Shown here piece by piece: positions 61,408 to 64,000 of a DNA stretch of 64,000 bases. Below the pieces are notes generated by a model, which searched no databases, was not told the DNA's origin, and saw nothing but the letters and a program-made list of their open reading frames with translations. The stretch's first letter is position 1; every line of letters starts with the position of its first letter. The DNA comes from Chiloscyllium plagiosum (taxonomy: Eukaryota), in NCBI RefSeq assembly GCF_004010195.1, contig NC_057718.1, positions 38,005,152-38,069,151 on the forward strand, in the 5' to 3' direction. The position numbers and the translations under genes are program-made.

Positions 61408-61500
61408 CTTGGATTTCTAGGCCTAAGAAAGGAGCAGGTCTCCAACCGGAAATGATCGTCACCAAGGCCAAACATCCGCTCTCCTTAGGCATGGGCTCCC
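61020..61500 (-). promoter_or_regulatory. UBR2 CpG-enriched promoter/first-exon region with YY1/TISU motif and ETS motif
   Basis: CpG density is visibly above the CpG-poor background; CAAGATGGCGGC at 61400-61411 (minus) spans the ATG; ACCGGAAAT at 61445-61453. Confidence 0.7.
61330..61407 (-). CDS. UBR2: UBR2 exon 1 coding part (78 nt, [26 protein letters not shown])
   Basis: ATG in CAAGATGGCG context; donor TTG|gtatga; 26 codons in phase 0 with exon 2; similar to the N-terminus of mammalian UBR2; lies in a CpG-enriched patch. Confidence 0.88.
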
Positions 61501-62009
61501 CAGTCTATTGTAATTTCAACACCAACCATCAGACAAACCGACTTTGTTTGTTACTTAAAAGTTTTTGCAAACGTTTTAACTGCTAAAAGAGTTAACTTGT
61601 TGACCAATTTATATGTGACTAAATTTAATTTCTGCACCCCCCCAAAAAAAATGATGTGAATACAAAAGCAAAGTACTGCAAATTCTGGAAATCTGAACTA
61701 AAAACAGACAATACCAGCCTGTTGACCCTGATGGTGGCTTTCCACAAAACTAGAAATCTGGACTCAAAATAGAAAATACTCTCATATTCACCCTAAAGAT
61801 CCCTCCACAGATGCTGCGTCTTGTTTAGAGTAGTTCCAGAATTTTCTGTTGATATTATCTTGATTAGATTATCTTTTTATAATCATCTTTCTTATAGTTG
61901 TCCTGTTTTTGTTTGATCCTGAATAAAATGTGCACATTATTGCACTGACTATTCAGAAATATCAAAACATAAGCCAAAACCTATGTCAGCTGATCTTACC
62001 TTCAGTGTT

Positions 62010-62145
62010 CTAAATTCTGAGGAAGCCACTGATCTGAAAATGTTAACTCTGCTTTCTCTCCACATATGCTGCCAGACCCCTAGGTTTTTCCATTATTTTC
62101 TATTTTTGTTTCATATTTCCAGCATCCACAGTTTGTTTTGTTATA
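62010..62145 (+). mobile_element. Penelope-derived terminus (family 2), degenerate
   Basis: ttctgaggaagccactgatctgaaaatgttaactctgctttctctccac...atttccagcatccacagt; further pieces at 6110-6210, 31415-31510 and 61660-61850. Confidence 0.65.
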
Positions 62146-62565
62146 TTAACTTTAGTGTTATTGCATTACCAAAGCAAAAAGGTCATGAATTCCCTAAGTC
62201 CTAACTTTAATGCAACAGTACCTACATGCTGCAATTGCTCTGCAACAGCATGATTATGTGAGTAGTGGAGGAGAGAACCAATCTCAATAGCCGTGCTCTC
62301 TGATGTTGAGCAAGCTGTAAACCAAAGCAGACTCATCAAGTGAGGCGTGTTGCTCCAGACACTTTCAATCCTAAGGTGGAAACATGCCTTAGACTTGGAA
62401 TAAAATATCAATATTGGTATGGTGACCATAAAACTACTAGATTGATGTTAATAGTCGTCTGGTTTAGAATTCCAGATCCACAACAATCTCATCGACTCAA
62501 CCTCCCTCTGAAATGGCAAGAAAACCATTCACTTATATTCCAGAACATGACTTGTATTCACTTGA

Positions 62566-63496
62566 ATTCACAACCACCTGATGAAGGAGCAGTGCTCTAA
62601 AAGCTAGTGTTTTCAAATAAACCTGTTAGACTATAACATGGTGTTCATAGAATCATAAAGATGTACAGCATGAAAACAGACCCTTCGATCCAATCTGTCC
62701 ATGCCGACTAGATATCCCAACCCAATCTAGTCCCACCTGTCAGCACACGGCCCATATCCCTCCAAACCCTTCCTATTCATATACCCATCCAAATGCCTCT
62801 TAAATATTGTCATTGTACCAGCCTCCACCACTTCCTCTGGCAGCTCACTCTATACACGTACCACCATCTGCGTGAAAAAGTTGTCCCTTAGGTCTCTTTC
62901 ATATCTTTCCCCTCTCAAACTAAGCCTATGCCCTCTAGTTCTGGACTCCCTGACCCCAGGGAAAAGACTTTGTCTATTTATCCTATCCTATCCATGCCCC
63001 TCATAATTTTGTAAACCTCTATAAGGTCACCCATCAGCCTCCGACACTCCAGGGAAACAGCCCCAGACTGTTCAGCCTCTCCCTGTAGCTCAAATCCTCC
63101 AACTCTGGCAACATACTTGTAAATCTTTTCTGAACCTTTCAAGTTTCACAATATCTTTCTGATAGGAAGGGGACTAGAATTTCACGCAATATTCCAAGAG
63201 TGACCTAACCAATGTCCTGTACAGCCACAACATGACCTCCCAACTCCTGTACTCGGTACTCTGACAATAAAGGAAAGCATACAAAGCGCCTTCTTCACTA
63301 TCCTGTCTACGTGCGACTCCACTTTCAAGGAGCTATGAACCTGCACTCCAAGGTCTCTTTGTTCAGCAACACACCCTAGGACCTTACCATTAAATGTAGA
63401 AGTCCTGCTAAGATTTGCTTTCCCAAAATGCAGCATCTCGCATTGTGTGATTTTTAACTTTGTACACTCCAGTCTAACACCTGTTCCTCCAAATCA
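62566..63496 (+). mobile_element. Penelope-type terminus (family 3) split by a CR1 insertion
   Basis: cacCTGATGAaggagcagtgctctaaaagctagtg...aataaacctgtt...ggtgtt, then CR1, then gtgtgatttttaactttgtacac...ctccaaatca. Confidence 0.6.
62646..63444 (-). mobile_element. CR1 LINE, 5'-truncated (~0.8 kb), same subfamily as 41683-42908
   Basis: [41 protein letters not shown]; high similarity to 41683-42440. Confidence 0.92.
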
Positions 63497-64000
63497 CGTA
63501 CTCGAGAAGGCAGCTCATCATCATTCTCTCACTAGTAATTGGGTGGATTGTGGATGATAGTAGAACTATTGCTTTTTTTTCTTTCCCTTGTCCAAAACCA
63601 CCAGCTGAATTGGTGCCCAATTACCAGTGCCAAGACCTAACAGGAAACTGGAGCTGTCTGGAGTGGTCAGAGCAAAGGCAGATAGCAATCTGACAGAGCC
63701 TGCACATGCTTGCAGAGGAAAGGAGGCATTGCCTTGGAGGACCAGCAGTGTCAATATATATAAAGGTGACAAAGCAGCCAACCTGAGAGATAATCCACTC
63801 AATTTATTACACAAATCTAATTATTGTCGTGTTGGCTCTTCTCAACAATGCATCCAAGTACTTTCCAAAGTTCCACAAACAATTGTAGCCTCAGCAGTAA
63901 TCTGTATAAGGTTAAGAGTACTTGCTTCAAATTGCAGTCAAGTATCGTTCCCATTCTTATAAATGTGGCCTCAGGTGTAATTTCCACAAGGTTAAAATAA

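Noticed and set aside
63627..63962. 111-aa ORF as a neighbouring gene
   Set aside because: Non-ATG start and no recognisable domain.

Overview
Vertebrate genomic DNA. The HE1-type SINEs, abundant CR1 LINEs and Penelope derivatives point to an elasmobranch (shark or ray); this assignment is inference. The window holds the 5' part of UBR2 (N-degron/N-end-rule E3 ligase) on the minus strand: promoter and ATG at 61407, then coding exons 1-14 down to 7521, giving 1674 nt or 558 codons with one exon 11. All splice sites are GT-AG and the phases are consistent. The UBR-box zinc finger and the ClpS-like domain are intact, and exon 15 onward was not found in the window. Two results stand out. First, a tandem pair of homologous 99-nt exons (11a/11b) is separated by only 68 nt, indicating mutually exclusive splicing, and sits in a TE-poor zone that also has candidate poison exons. 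Second, at least three families of Penelope-derived, often fold-back, short elements carry minimal hammerhead-ribozyme motifs, several with 13-16 bp target-site duplications, and one Penelope copy has a twin-priming-like inversion. The remaining intronic DNA is CR1/L2/RTE LINE fragments, tRNA-derived SINEs, a hAT MITE and possible solo LTRs. TE boundaries are read by eye and approximate. Exon numbering and human comparisons are from recalled sequence, not a database search.
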